A DNA stretch of 63,249 nucleotides, counting the filler, from Octopus bimaculoides (Eukaryota): assembly GCF_001194135.2 (NCBI RefSeq). It is 9 parts of 9 records of this genome, joined end to end, with 100 filler letters (N's around TTAATTAATTAA, not from the genome) between each part and the next. Parts side by side here need not be neighbours in the genome. Positions count along the whole stretch, not along the records: positions 14,086 to 42,151 come from NC_068990.1; positions 42,252 to 45,921 come from NW_026317440.1; positions 46,022 to 51,370 come from NC_069008.1; 6 more parts are not named here. One strand, 5' to 3'. The translations under genes were made by a program, and so were the position numbers. This document shows, one piece after another, positions 36,130 to 47,802 of this stretch; the first letter of the stretch is position 1, and every line of letters starts with the position of its first letter. The notes beneath the pieces are model-generated. The model did no database searches and was not told the DNA's origin. It saw only the letters and a program-made list of their open reading frames with translations.

Positions 36130-36450
36130 GGCAAGTGTCTTCTACTATAGCCTCGGGCCGACCAAAGTCTTGTGAGTGGATTTGGTAGACGGAAACTGAA
36201 AGAAGCCCGTCGTATATATGTATATATATATGTATGTGTGTATGTATGTCTGTGTTTGTCCCCCCAACATCGCTTGACAACCGATGCTGGTGTGTTTATG
36301 TCCCCGTAACTTAGCGTTTCGGCAAAAAGAGACGATAGAATAAGTACTAGGCTTCCAAACAATAAGTCCTGGGGTCGATTTGCTCGACTAAAGGTGGTGC
36401 TCCAGCATGGCCACAGTCAAAAGACTGAAGCAAGTAAAAGAGTAAAAGAG
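36130..36450 (+). mobile_element. CORE-type SINE (5' end lost in gap)
   Basis: GCAAGTGTCTTCTACTATAGCCTCGGGCCGACC... through the AAGTAAAAGAGTAAAAGAG tail. Confidence 0.92.
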
Positions 36451-36913
36451 AATATATATATATACGCGCACACACACAGTGCATATATAATGCAAAATTC
36501 ACCCTGCATGCTGCGACAGTCAATACAATAGAAATGAAATTTAAACATTTATGCTTTCTGAACGGCTCGGTACTAGATGAACTATAGTTCATCTATAGAT
36601 GGTCGGGAACCCTTGTTGTAAAGCACTTAGTCCAACGCACGATAGAATATTCCAATCCATAAAATTTAAGTCAGTGAAGGAGGTGGGATAAGATAAAGGG
36701 AGATAACTATGATCACACTATTGAACAAGGTATATTTCAAAACCAGAGTTGTCTGTTTTAACGACAACACATAAAGCAGAGACAAAGCGCAGGAAACGTG
36801 GGGTAGAATTCGTTGCGGTATTCGTATCGGTTCTCAGTCAAATCCCTCCGATTTCAAATTAGTTTTTTACCTTTAAGGGTCAGTAAATAAAGTACTGTTC
36901 AACAACAAAGAGT

Positions 36914-36957
<44 letters not shown>

Positions 36958-37329
36958 GAACCTGTAATTAATACGTCCAATGTTATTATATTGTGTCACG
37001 CTGATTTACTCTGAGAATCATAGTAACGGTGCACTAGAATACTGAGCTGTTTTTATTTAAATGTCAAGGAATGAACATTGTCGTGGTATATTCAACCCGT
37101 TTTCGCGTAAGTTTCACTAAACAGTCTCGGTGAAAACAACGACTGCAATGTGTTACAGTGTTGATATTTTGTAATAAAAATGGCAACTGTAATGTAAAAG
37201 GCTAAAGTATCTCCTAACGACGTAAAATCTTCAATTGTTATCTTCCAATTTTTTGGTTTTTTTGCACTATTTTTCTTTTAAATTGTCAGAACTTAAACAA
37301 GTTTATATGTATGAAAAGAAAAAAAAAAT

Positions 37330-37640
37330 CATCATTATCACCATCCTCCTCCTTATCGTCGTCATTATTTTAACTTCCACTTTTTCTATGCTTGCATAGG
37401 TCGGGCAGAATTTGTTGAGGTAGCTTTTCTACGGTCGGAAGCCCTTCCTATCGTCAACATTCACCTGTTTCAAAGTATTGCCCACCTCATGGCCAGACAC
37501 GTTGTATGACGGTAGTATTCATCCACAGCCATCAGGTAATGTCAAGACAAGGAGTCACCAACTTTCACACACACAGCTGCTGGGTAGACCGGACACGAAC
37601 CCACATCTTCTGTAAACATGGCAGACGTTCTGCCATTGTA
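37330..37640 (-). mobile_element. RTE-type 3' tail remnant (LINE or SINE)
   Basis: Reverse complement resembles 49540-49669 (GGAAGGGC-TCC-..CGTAGAAA..CATGC-AGCAT-GAAAA-TGGA-GTTAAA). Confidence 0.6.
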
Positions 37641-37979
37641 CTAAAACAATCCATCGAATTTCTCCTTCCATATTTAAAAGCTTTGATTTTACTGGTGAGA
37701 ATTAGGTGTTGCCTACGTCGTATGAATTTAGAAATTTTAATTGACGCGAAATAAATCGTCTGTAGAACACGATTTTATAGATTATATTTCTCAAAACATT
37801 AAATAATTCAGTAGTTTTAGTGGCTGAAGGCCCAGTTATCTGCATTCCAACAATTTGTTGCCTTTGGATATTTGATAGGTTACACATTTAAAGAAAGAAA
37901 ATCAGAGAAAGGAAAACAGAGGGCTATATCATGATGTACAAGATATACATATTGATATACATATTGCATACATATTACG

Positions 37980-38024
<45 letters not shown>

Positions 38025-38594
38025 AAATAATTAGAAAATGGAGAAAACCACAGATTAACCAACACATCGGTTGGACCCCATTTATAGCTTATTTTTTAAT
38101 ACAAAGTATGACATAACCAAATAGGTGACGTAACATATCTTACGGCCGTTACTGATCAGATTCTCAAAAATGTAGTCTATACATAAATGCGAGAATAAAA
38201 TTCTTCATCTTCATAGGACATTCGAATTAAGGCAACGAATCTTCATCAGAGTGAAAAACAAGAGTATATAATATAAACAAAAGGAAGATGGAAAAGGAAA
38301 GGAAACATGGCTTAGATAAATAGTCAAGAAGCCCAATATGTTAAGAGCGAATGATTATATACCATCAGGGCTACAGGGTTCTTATATATAGTTTCTTGAT
38401 AACTTCTTTTTTAAACACCCTGACACCCCGCTTAAAATTGCACCTACCCGATAATAAATTGTAGTATTAATAAATTGTGCAAAACTTTTCCTCACTTTAA
38501 AAAGTGTCAAGCACAGGTATTGCTGCAGAGGAAAAAGAAATGGACATCTTGTATGTACATGGCTGGCCGAAGCTTAAAAAGGCACAACTAAACA

Positions 38595-41218
38595 ATGAAA
38601 GTTGATATTGATAATGAAGTAAATGGTAAAAAGGGCTCTGGAACATTTTGTTCTGTGGTCTGGCTCGGCAGGTGTCAGAGGGCACCACAGCCTGGACCCG
38701 GTCGTCATTCTGCAACTGTGAGTAAATTCAAGTTAAGATGCAAGCCTATGAACATAGGATGTTGGAATGTTCGAACGTTATTAGACAATGATTGACTGAA
38801 ATCTCGTCCGGAGAGAAGATCTGCGCTTGTTGCAAAAGAGTTACAGCAATATGATATGAATATTGTAGCGTTAGCCGAAACAAGAATTCATGGAAAGGGG
38901 AATTTCGTAGAGAAATCTGCTGAGTATCGTTTCTTTTGGAGTGGTAGAGAGGAGACCAATAAGAGAGAATCAGGAGTGGGATTTGCTATCAAAACCACTC
39001 TGGCTTCAAAACTTGAGGAACTACCATGTGGTCATTCGGATCGTTTAATGTCATTAAGGTTGCCATTAAGAAAAGGTTGCTACGCAACACTCATAAGTGC
39101 ATATGCCCCAATTATGAATTCATCAGAGGATGATAAACTTGCCTTCTATCTATCACTTACAGAAATTATAAGCAATATCCACCATGACGACAAAATTGTC
39201 ATTTTGGGTGATTTTAATGCTCGCGTTGGTGTAGATTGGGAGACTTGGAGTGTCCTAGGAAAGCATGGGGTTGGGAGTTCTAACAGTAATGGTTTGCTAC
39301 TGTTACAAATGTGCGTAGAAATGGATTTGTGTGTCATGAATACAATGTTTCGACTAAAGAATAAGTATAAAACGACATGGATGCACCCTGGTTCTTAGAA
39401 ATGGCATCTTATAGATTACATCCTCACCAGGAAACAAGATACTAGGGACTTTGCTATTGTATGAGTGATGCATAGTACAGAGTGCTGGATAGACCATAAA
39501 CTTTTGCATGCCAAGATGAATTTTTTTTCAAGCCTAAAGTTAGAGCAAATGATATCAAATTACCAAAACAGATTGATGTGAATAAACTTAAGAATTCGTC
39601 AGTACGCAGTGAGTTTGTGAGTGAGATAAATGATTTGTCCTGTGATGGAAGCTGGAAGTCATTCAAGGAAAGAGTACACGAGGTTTGTAGTAACATTGTT
39701 GGCTTTGTTGCAAAAAAGCACCAAGATTGGTTTGACAACAATGATGAGGAAATTAGTCTTTATCTTAGAGGAGAAGCGAAAGGCATTTAACATATTTCAA
39801 AACAAACAAGACAGTACCTACACTGTTTGCTACATATTTCGCAACAGTCTTTCAAATAGCTTTTGAAGATTGCCCTGAAGGGGTCTATATAAGATACAGG
39901 ACAAGAGGAAAACTGTTCAATCTCAAAAGACTCTGAGCCAAAACGAAAGTTCTGCATTCTCACCTTGTTGAGTTTCTGTATTCAGATGATTGTGACCTGT
40001 TGGCACATTCTCAGAAAGATATGCAGCACATGGTGAATGCGATTTTTGCAGCATGTGCAGCATTAGGTCTAACAATCAATCTTAAAAAAACTGTTATAAT
40101 GTACCAGCCTGCTCCGACCAAGATGTATGTGTAACCTTTTATAACTATGAATGATCAAAGGTTGGAGACTGTAACTAGATTTATTTATTTAGAAAGTACC
40201 TTGAGTAATGCTGGCCTTGATGATGAAATTTCGTACAGAATCAGTAGGGTTGGTACTGCTTTTGGTAGGCTTGATAGGTGTCTGTGGAAACAACAGAATA
40301 TATCTTTCCAAATTTAAGTTAAGGTATATAACATATACATCCTCCCATCTTTGCTAAATGGAAGTGAAGCATGGGTTGTTTACCGTAGGCAGGTAAGGCA
40401 ATTGGAACGATTTCGTCAATACTGAGAAAAATTTGGGGGATAAACTGGAAAATGGCCATTAGTGATGTGGAGGTGCTTGAGAGGAGTGGCAGTAGAAGTA
40501 TAGAGTCAATGATTTTGCAAAGACGTTTGAGGTGTGGGGGAGGGGACATTTAGTAAGGATGAGTGATGAGCGACTGCCCAAGCAGCTATTGTATGGTGAG
40601 CTGGAAGATGGCAGGAGACCAGTGCATAAGCCTAAACTTAAGGTTTAAGGATTGCCTTAAAAATGCTCTAATACAGACAGAAATTGCAGCTGGTAATTGG
40701 GAGAGTGAGGCATAAGACCGTGATGGATGGAGGAAGATAGTGCATGATGGTTGTTCAAGGTTTGAGAGGGAGAGAGGGAAGTATGAGAGAATTAGGAGGG
40801 GGCTTAGAAGTGGGGAAGCTGTGGAAAGTGAGAGAGTGTTGCTTTTTATGTGTGTGGTTTGTGGGCGGAGGTTTTTGAGTTGTGCAGGCCTGATAAGCCA
40901 TCAAAATTCTCATAGAAATCGACCCATGCTAAACAATGATGTGGCTATTAAAATTCATAACAGAACGTGTGTAAAATTTGGAAAGGTGTGCCTCTCATTT
41001 GGAGGTCTAAAAAGACATGTTAAGAGAGTGCATATGGTGGCACCTGTTTCTCCTGCCAGCCAGCACAGTTGTCTAGTATGTAATAAAATGTGTAAAAGCT
41101 TGACCAGGCTCAAAAGTCATATAACGGTATCACATGGCAACAGTCATGAATCATTTCAGTAAGTCCGCTCGGCAATGGCTTTTCTCGTTTAACGAGGATG
41201 CAGTTGTGATATATATAT
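38595..41218 (+). mobile_element. RTE (BovB-like) LINE, internally deleted, ending in three C2H2 fingers and an (AT)n tail
   Basis: APE domain IGCWNVRTL, ALAETR, SGVGFAI, LGDFNARVG, TTWMHP, LIDYIL; RT end EGVYIRYRT.GKLFNLKRL, LYSDD, GLTINLKKT, LPKQLLYGEL; fingers in ORF 40740-41162. Confidence 0.93.
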
Positions 41219-41429
41219 NNNNNNNNNNNNNNNNNNNNNNNNNNNNNNNNNNNNNNNNNNNNNNNNNNNNNNNNNNNNNNNNNNNNNNNNNNNNNNNNNN
41301 NNNNNNNNNNNNNNNNNNNNNNNNNNNNNNNNNNNNNNNNNNNNNNNNNNNNNNNNNNNNNNNNNNNNNNNNNNNNNNNNNNNNNNNNNNNNNNNNNNNN
41401 NNNNNNNNNNNNNNTATATATATATATAT

Positions 41430-41804
41430 GCATATATGAATACAGGATGTCACAACATGAAATACGAAGGCAAACTCGGGTATGCGAACATGTTTGTTTT
41501 CGTTTGGTTTGTTGTATGTCTCCACTGTCCTGTTTTTGTTACCAACTTTGACCTTCCGCAAAATCCCAAATTTTATTTTGGTCCGGGGGAGCAACTGTTT
41601 TTCGAAGCCTCATATTGTCGTTAATTGCTCGAAATGTGGAGTAGATGAACAGCCGACAACTGATGAAGGGTCGTTCTTTATGTTACTTTTCTTGTTTTCC
41701 TTTTGTTTGTCTCGTTGTTCGCAAACCCAAGTTTGCCTTCGTATTTCATGTTGTTTTCCTATTTCATGTTGCTTACGTTTTGTGACGTCCTGTATCCATA
41801 TATG

Positions 41805-41805
<1 letters not shown>
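41430..41805. mobile_element. ~375-bp non-autonomous element with ~60-bp terminal inverted repeats, sitting in (TA)n/(CA)n
   Basis: 41430-41490 is inversely repeated at 41716-41805 (one internal insertion). Related pieces at 45770-45838 and 58255-58440. Confidence 0.78.
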
Positions 41806-41839
<34 letters not shown>

Positions 41840-41848
41840 TCTGACTAT

Positions 41849-42058
41849 ATGTCTGTGCACACGTTTGAATGTGGTGTGTGCCAGAGGGTTTGCAAATCCA
41901 ATGGGGGTCTTAAAAGACATGTTAGGATCCACAATGAGCAGAACTTACTTGCAGGTATTGGTAGTGCAAATCAGAGGTGCAATCTGTGTGGGTGTTTTTT
42001 CAAAACACTGTCTGGTTTAAAAAGCCACATCAGACGCCATGAAAGGGCTAAGGTGTAG
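41849..42058 (+). CDS. Intact two-finger C2H2 ORF (69 aa), probably the 3' end of a second RTE-type element
   Basis: CGVCQRVCKSNGGLKRHVRIH and CNLCGCFFKTLSGLKSHIRRH, similar to the fingers at 40740-41162; short 3' UTR then TA-rich tail; no upstream AG acceptor seen. Confidence 0.65.
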   Translation: MSVHTFECGVCQRVCKSNGGLKRHVRIHNEQNLLAGIGSANQRCNLCGCFFKTLSGLKSHIRRHERAKV

Positions 42059-42252
42059 GTGCAGGAGGTGGTCAAACTTTGTTTAAGGAGTAGACAACCA
42101 CCATATACATATATATGTAAGTATGTAAATATATGTATGTATATACGCATANNNNNNNNNNNNNNNNNNNNNNNNNNNNNNNNNNNNNNNNNNNNTTAAT
42201 TAATTAANNNNNNNNNNNNNNNNNNNNNNNNNNNNNNNNNNNNNNNNNNNNT

Positions 42253-42410
42253 TAGATCAACCACAGTACGCAGCTGGTACTTAATTTATCGACCAATAAG
42301 GGATGAAAGGTAAATCGACCTCGGCGAAATTTGAACTCAGAACGCAGCGAGGAGTAAAATACTGCCATGCATTTCGTCCAGCGTGCTAACAATTCTGCCA
42401 GCTCGCCGCC
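42253..42410 (-). mobile_element. Nin-domain SINE
   Basis: Reverse-complement match to family. Confidence 0.85.
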
Positions 42411-42429
42411 TTTATAATAATAATGATGA

Positions 42430-43915
42430 TGATGATGATTTCATTTATTTGCCACAAGAGTGAAGGATGAGGGGGACAATACAATGAAAAGACTTAAAGT
42501 GTGGCGGTTTACATATAATGAAGTGATAAAAAAAGATTAAAGAAAGAAATTAGGTATGCACGGTATACACTGAAAAAGAAGGGACGTGCGTAGCATAGAA
42601 CGGTTTTTTAAAAAGTGGCAGGGAGGATGATAGAGACGTGGCCTTCTGATACTGGAAGGGATAATCGAGGAGCCCCACTGTCCGAGATTTCCTTGAAACC
42701 CCAGGAGCAAGTGCCCTCTCCAATTCCTTCTCTCCGACTTACAGGTCTACACTTAGAGAAGTACCATCCACTCTTGCCATTTTCGTAACTTTCACCCACC
42801 TTTCAATAAACTCCCTCGAGGACAGCACTTCCCTCTCCACTCTCAAATTCCTTTTCAACTGAAACTGGAAGTCAATGAGAGCTCTACCAAAGAGGAACGT
42901 ATCTGTCCTCATTCCTTTCAAGCCTAGTCCACTAAACAACCTCTTTCGCCACAGCCACCACGCAAAGATAAACTGCCTTGTCTGCCTGATTGAAGGAGAG
43001 CGGCGGTGCGATCATCACTACAGACTCGGCCGACAGACGGATCCGTCCCACACGTGACAGCAGTTGTTCGACATAACCCCACAAGTCAGCAATGCCCGGA
43101 TACTGAACGAAGGCGTACGGAACGGTTTCATCACTCTACGTGCATCTCGTACAAGCCAGTCTGACAGCACATCTGTGCCTGTAGAGTTTATCTCGAACTG
43201 GTAGCGCACCCCTCCTCCGGGAGCACTGCCAGACTAAGGACATATGGATCTACGGATCCTATCTAACGCGACTGTGCATATCACAAACTTGTGGTCTGTG
43301 TAACCGACCAATTTAGATTGTGTACAGGCTACACTATGCCTTTCCTCTGACCTAACAAATGTTCTACCTAAATATGATCAGGATGACCCATCGTGGTTGT
43401 TCCATGTCCACACTGGCACATCAGGGAAATCCAGTTGGTACCTATCAGACAATTGGAAGTCACTGAGTAGATTTTCGAAGTTTGCACTCCCTTCTTCTGT
43501 GTATTAGCCCCACACATTCCATCTGTGAGTCCAAAATCCCTACTAGTACTAAACTGCGAGACGTTGCCAGGAATGTTTCTTGACGCCTGAAGAATTCTGG
43601 CATTTCAGCCTCTGTCGGGGTATAGACGACCACCAGTCAGAGGGTGCCACCTTCACTACCATTCACATCTGGAACCACCAGCCTGCCGCCCGAGTCAAAG
43701 AAGATTGCCTTTACTTCGAGATCTAAGGATTTTAGGAAGAGCACTGTTATCCCGCTGCCCGCTCCCAACAGACCACATGATGAGAATATCTCATAATCAT
43801 CGAAAATGTGCGCTAGTGTTTGCGCATTACAAATCCTTGTATCGCTAATTGCAGTCACATCTAAATCGAGCAACCAGAAGAGGTTTAGCTATCCCCATCC
43901 ATTCTACAGGGAATA
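42430..43915 (-). mobile_element. Tx1/L1-clade LINE with RT deleted (endonuclease joined to C-terminal domain)
   Basis: EN: LDLDVTAISDTRI, GRLVVPDV, VGYTDHKFVIC; then directly SLVWQC..GALPVRDKLYRH, CTRC..DETV, KRNLRVEREVL; (ATC)n tail. Confidence 0.85.
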
Positions 43916-43959
43916 AGATCAACACTGAGTCTAGTCAAGTAATGATAATAAATTACTCA

Positions 43960-44800
43960 AACGTTATCTCAATTTTATATTGCTGAGTTTTTAGTCCCGT
44001 GGTTTTAAATTTATCCTCTTCACTCCCCTTGGATTCACAGATTTTTATAAAATGATTGGTGACAATGAAAGATGTTATTATTAACACTATGACCAACCTA
44101 CGTTTTGAAGAATTCGACCAAAGTAAAAAGAAAATATCAAATTTGCCTGGCGATTTGTGATCAAGTATGGGAGCGTTCGACATCGTTGAGATATGTGATA
44201 TTGTAGACTGTATCTCAGATGAACTAAAGACACTTATTTGTTTATATATATATTTATAGAGAGGGGGATTTGACTAACTCGCATTTTTCCAATGGACTTA
44301 CATTAGATATGCTAAACCATTGCAAACTTTTAATAATTTGGGTTGAGAATAGTTATAACTAAATTATACAATTTTTTCACCGCATTCTGAGTCGAAATGC
44401 AAATCATACAAAAACAATTTACAAAACGCAAAATCGAAATATATTAACAGAATCAGTAGCAACTTCTAAAAATTGAACTGAAAATATTAGTACAAGCATA
44501 TTTAGTTTGTCATCGAAAAATGACATGTTACCAGAATGAGTTCTCACTTTCACCCCATAATAATAAAGCATTAAATTTTAATGAATATTTAACCTTTGAG
44601 CCACTGTTACTCCGAAACTAAGACAAGCCGGAACAGTAGCTTCTTTAATAACTTTCTTCTGTTAACATCCAATATTGTTAAGAAATACCTGGAGCATTTC
44701 CCGATTAAATACACAAGCAAAAAATTATTTAATAGGGATATCTTAAACCAAGTTACAGTTGTACTCGTAATAGGGTGCATCTAATTACTCATAAACTATC
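43960..44800 (+). mobile_element. Highly decayed Penelope-like RT fragment
   Basis: SSMGAFDIVEICDIV (cf. MGxYDGAEICELV), IYREGDL (cf. YRDDGL), KYLEHFP..KLFNRDIL. Confidence 0.6.
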
Positions 44801-45720
44801 TTAATGAAATGATGATTAACACTACATGCAGAGACACAAATATGTACTAACTGAATCTGTAATTTTGTGCTGAAGCGATCATATATGAAGCAGATATCAT
44901 TCCCACCAATTTAAACAATGACGTAACGAGAAAAATCTATACAGGCATAATAGTTACTGTGGTCGGTTCACGATCATGTGATCATAGGTTTGATATTTCT
45001 ACCAAGCAGCACAATTGTGTCCTTCAGATAAACACTTTATTAACCTTGCACCAATAAGATTTTCTGACAATTATGCAAGTGCAGTGCTGGTGCAGCCTTC
45101 TTCCTCCATTTGTCACATCTTAGATATTCCGCTGGGTGAAGAGCGTATCTATATCTACGCGAGACTACATAGGTATCTAACACAATAAGTACATGCTACC
45201 AAGCCATAGTCGTTTGTGAGTAGCAGACATGTGACGGAGGAGGGTTACTTAAGTCATGTGTCTGTTTCAGACATATGGAAAAGAAGAATCAATAACACTG
45301 TTCAGTCATAGCTGACGTGTACCTGAACATTTCACCGATTTTGACATTAAGTTGATTCAGATAAACAGTCCACAAAAGAAAGAGAAATAGTTACGATTTA
45401 CCTACAACGGACAAAAGATTCATACTCAACAAAGCCTTTACAGTTCGGATTACTATCCATATTCAAGGTCTGAACATCTAATAAAACGTTGCCACTTTGT
45501 CAAATATTTACTGAAGAACTGGAGTTTAATAGAACGACTTGACATTCACTTACTCTTCACATAACTTATATTTTCCCTTTCATAGGAACTAGATTAATCG
45601 ATAAATATATCTGTTCCATGTGTGCGTATATACAGATGTGTGTAAATTTTATTAATTGATATGACGAAACTTATTTTACTTTCATCGGAACCTAGCTACT
45701 TTCCTGAGCTTAAGTAGATA

Positions 45721-45754
<34 letters not shown>

Positions 45755-46021
45755 TGTGTGTGTGTGTGTTCCATGAACTCGTGTTTCGTATTTTTTTGTT
45801 CTACACGTTTCATGACGTCCTGCGCCCACGTATGCATATATATATATATATATATACGTTTAGATGTAAGTATGTACATATAGATATGTATATATGCATA
45901 TATATATTATTTATATTATATNNNNNNNNNNNNNNNNNNNNNNNNNNNNNNNNNNNNNNNNNNNNTTAATTAATTAANNNNNNNNNNNNNNNNNNNNNNN
46001 NNNNNNNNNNNNNNNNNNNNN

Positions 46022-46538
46022 AATGGTCTTGTGTTTGTCTTGTAAAACATTTGTCTTCAAATAATGTTTCAGGAACAGTTCCAGTTTTCCAAAAATAATA
46101 AATTCTTGATTGTAATCGTTTTCCTTAATGTCTTTCATCAAAATGTCGATTCTCTGTGTAAAATCTTGTAGAAAGTTATTTGTATCTAATCCTATACGTT
46201 TTAAAAAAGTACATATTTCCATCCGAGAATTTATCAACATATCAATTTTGTCTTCATATACATTGAATCTTGTATAATATATACGTTTGTAGAAAACATC
46301 TTGTCTTCCAATTATTTCCCCCTTTTTATAGACTTTTTGATGTCTTTTTTGTTTTGCTGTTGACTCAGGTGAAGGTCGTTTTTGTGACATTTTTCTCCTT
46401 GAACCATCATCTTTCACATATCTATATTTTCTATTGTAGACTCCTTCTCCATCACATTTTACTGTTGAGTCGCAGAAGACACTTTTCAAAGATGTATCTT
46501 TTGTTGAAGTATTTGCTGTCCGGTCTTCCATAGTGAAT
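46022..46538 (-). CDS. Orphan protein-coding exon/ORF, at least 170 aa, unknown product, truncated by scaffold spacer
   Basis: Open from ATG 46531 to the spacer with no stop in very AT-rich DNA; preceded by a pyrimidine tract and AG (TTTTCCTTATATTTTATTATAG|ATTCACTATG); basic patch KMSQKRPSPESTAKQKRHQKVYKK; no TE motif recognised. Confidence 0.7.
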
Positions 46539-46630
46539 CTATAATAAAATATAAGGAAAACATTTAGCTTTGTGAAAACATTAAAGTTTCAGGGAGATGA
46601 TGTTTACTTAATTATTTGAAACACACATTC

Positions 46631-46846
46631 AGGCAGCGAACTGGCAGAATCGTTAGCATGTTCGATGAAATGCTTAGCGATATTCTGCCCGTCACTACGT
46701 TCTGTGTTCAAATTCTGCCGAGATCGACTTTACCTTTCATCCTTTCGGGAGCGATAAATCAAGTACCAGTTAAGTACTGGGGTCGATGTAATTGACTATC
46801 CCACTTCTCCCAAATTTCAGGCCTTGTGCCTATAGTAGAAAGGATT
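46631..46846 (+). mobile_element. Nin-domain SINE (tail A)
   Basis: Match to 17820-18034. Confidence 0.9.
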
Positions 46847-47114
46847 ATTTTAAGCACACAAACAGAACATTTATGCACTTCTCTCAGTGTATTAGGTTAT
46901 CTAATTAATATTTAAACAGTTTTTTTCTTGGAATAATTATGATTACAAATAAACATCTTATAATCTATTGTAAGATGTATTAATATATTTCATTAATTAC
47001 GTTCACTGAAAATGATATTTGTTTTCAACACAACAAGGTAATAGGTATGGCTGGGTTAGATTTATTTAACGATAATTAGTCAAAGAGATTCCTTCTTGTT
47101 CCAGTTAGATGATC

Positions 47115-47486
47115 AACCTTAGTATGCAACTGGTACTTAATTTATCGACCCCGAATGGATGAAATTCTAAGTCGACCTTGGCGGAATTTGAACTCAGAAT
47201 GTAAAGACAAACGAAATACCGCTAAGCATTTCGCCCGGCGTGCTAACGTTTCTTTTTTCTTTATTGCCTACAAGGGGCTAAACATAGAGGGGACAAACAA
47301 GGATAGACAAAGTGATTAAGTCGATTACATCGACTCCAGTGCGTAACTGACGCTTAATTTATCGACCCCGAAAGTATGAAAGGTAAAGTCGACCTATACG
47401 GAATTTTAATTCAGAACGTAACGGCAGACGAAATACCGCTAAGCACTTCACCGGGCATGCTAATGTTTCTGCCAGCTCACCACCTT
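47115..47486 (-). mobile_element. Two tandem Nin-domain SINEs (47115-47232; 47251-47486 with tail B)
   Basis: Reverse-complement match to 17571-17800. Confidence 0.9.
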
Positions 47487-47802
47487 AACCTGACATATAC
47501 AGTAATTCATTCAACATTTTAATCCACACAATTATCATACACAGCATTTATTAACTTGGAAAGCTTATCAAAAGACGTGGTCTGATATAATCCCACTGAT
47601 ACACATGCTGAGTGGATCATTATTATTTGATGTGAAATTGGTACATCCAATAACGTTACACCACTAGCTATTTAAGCAATGTGTTGGTGGATCATTAATG
47701 GATTGGATGAGTGCCGATGAAGGAACAAAAACTCCCGAAATAGTCATGTACGCCCTTTACCCATTTTTCATTTTTTATTTCATTGCTGTTTGCATCAGAC
47801 AT

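Noticed and set aside
47710-47750. CCGATGAAGGA..TCCCGAAATAGTC resembling a Penelope-type minimal hammerhead ribozyme
   Set aside because: The core has CCGAUGA rather than CUGAUGA, stem II is only 3 bp and I could not form stem I; at most a decayed remnant.
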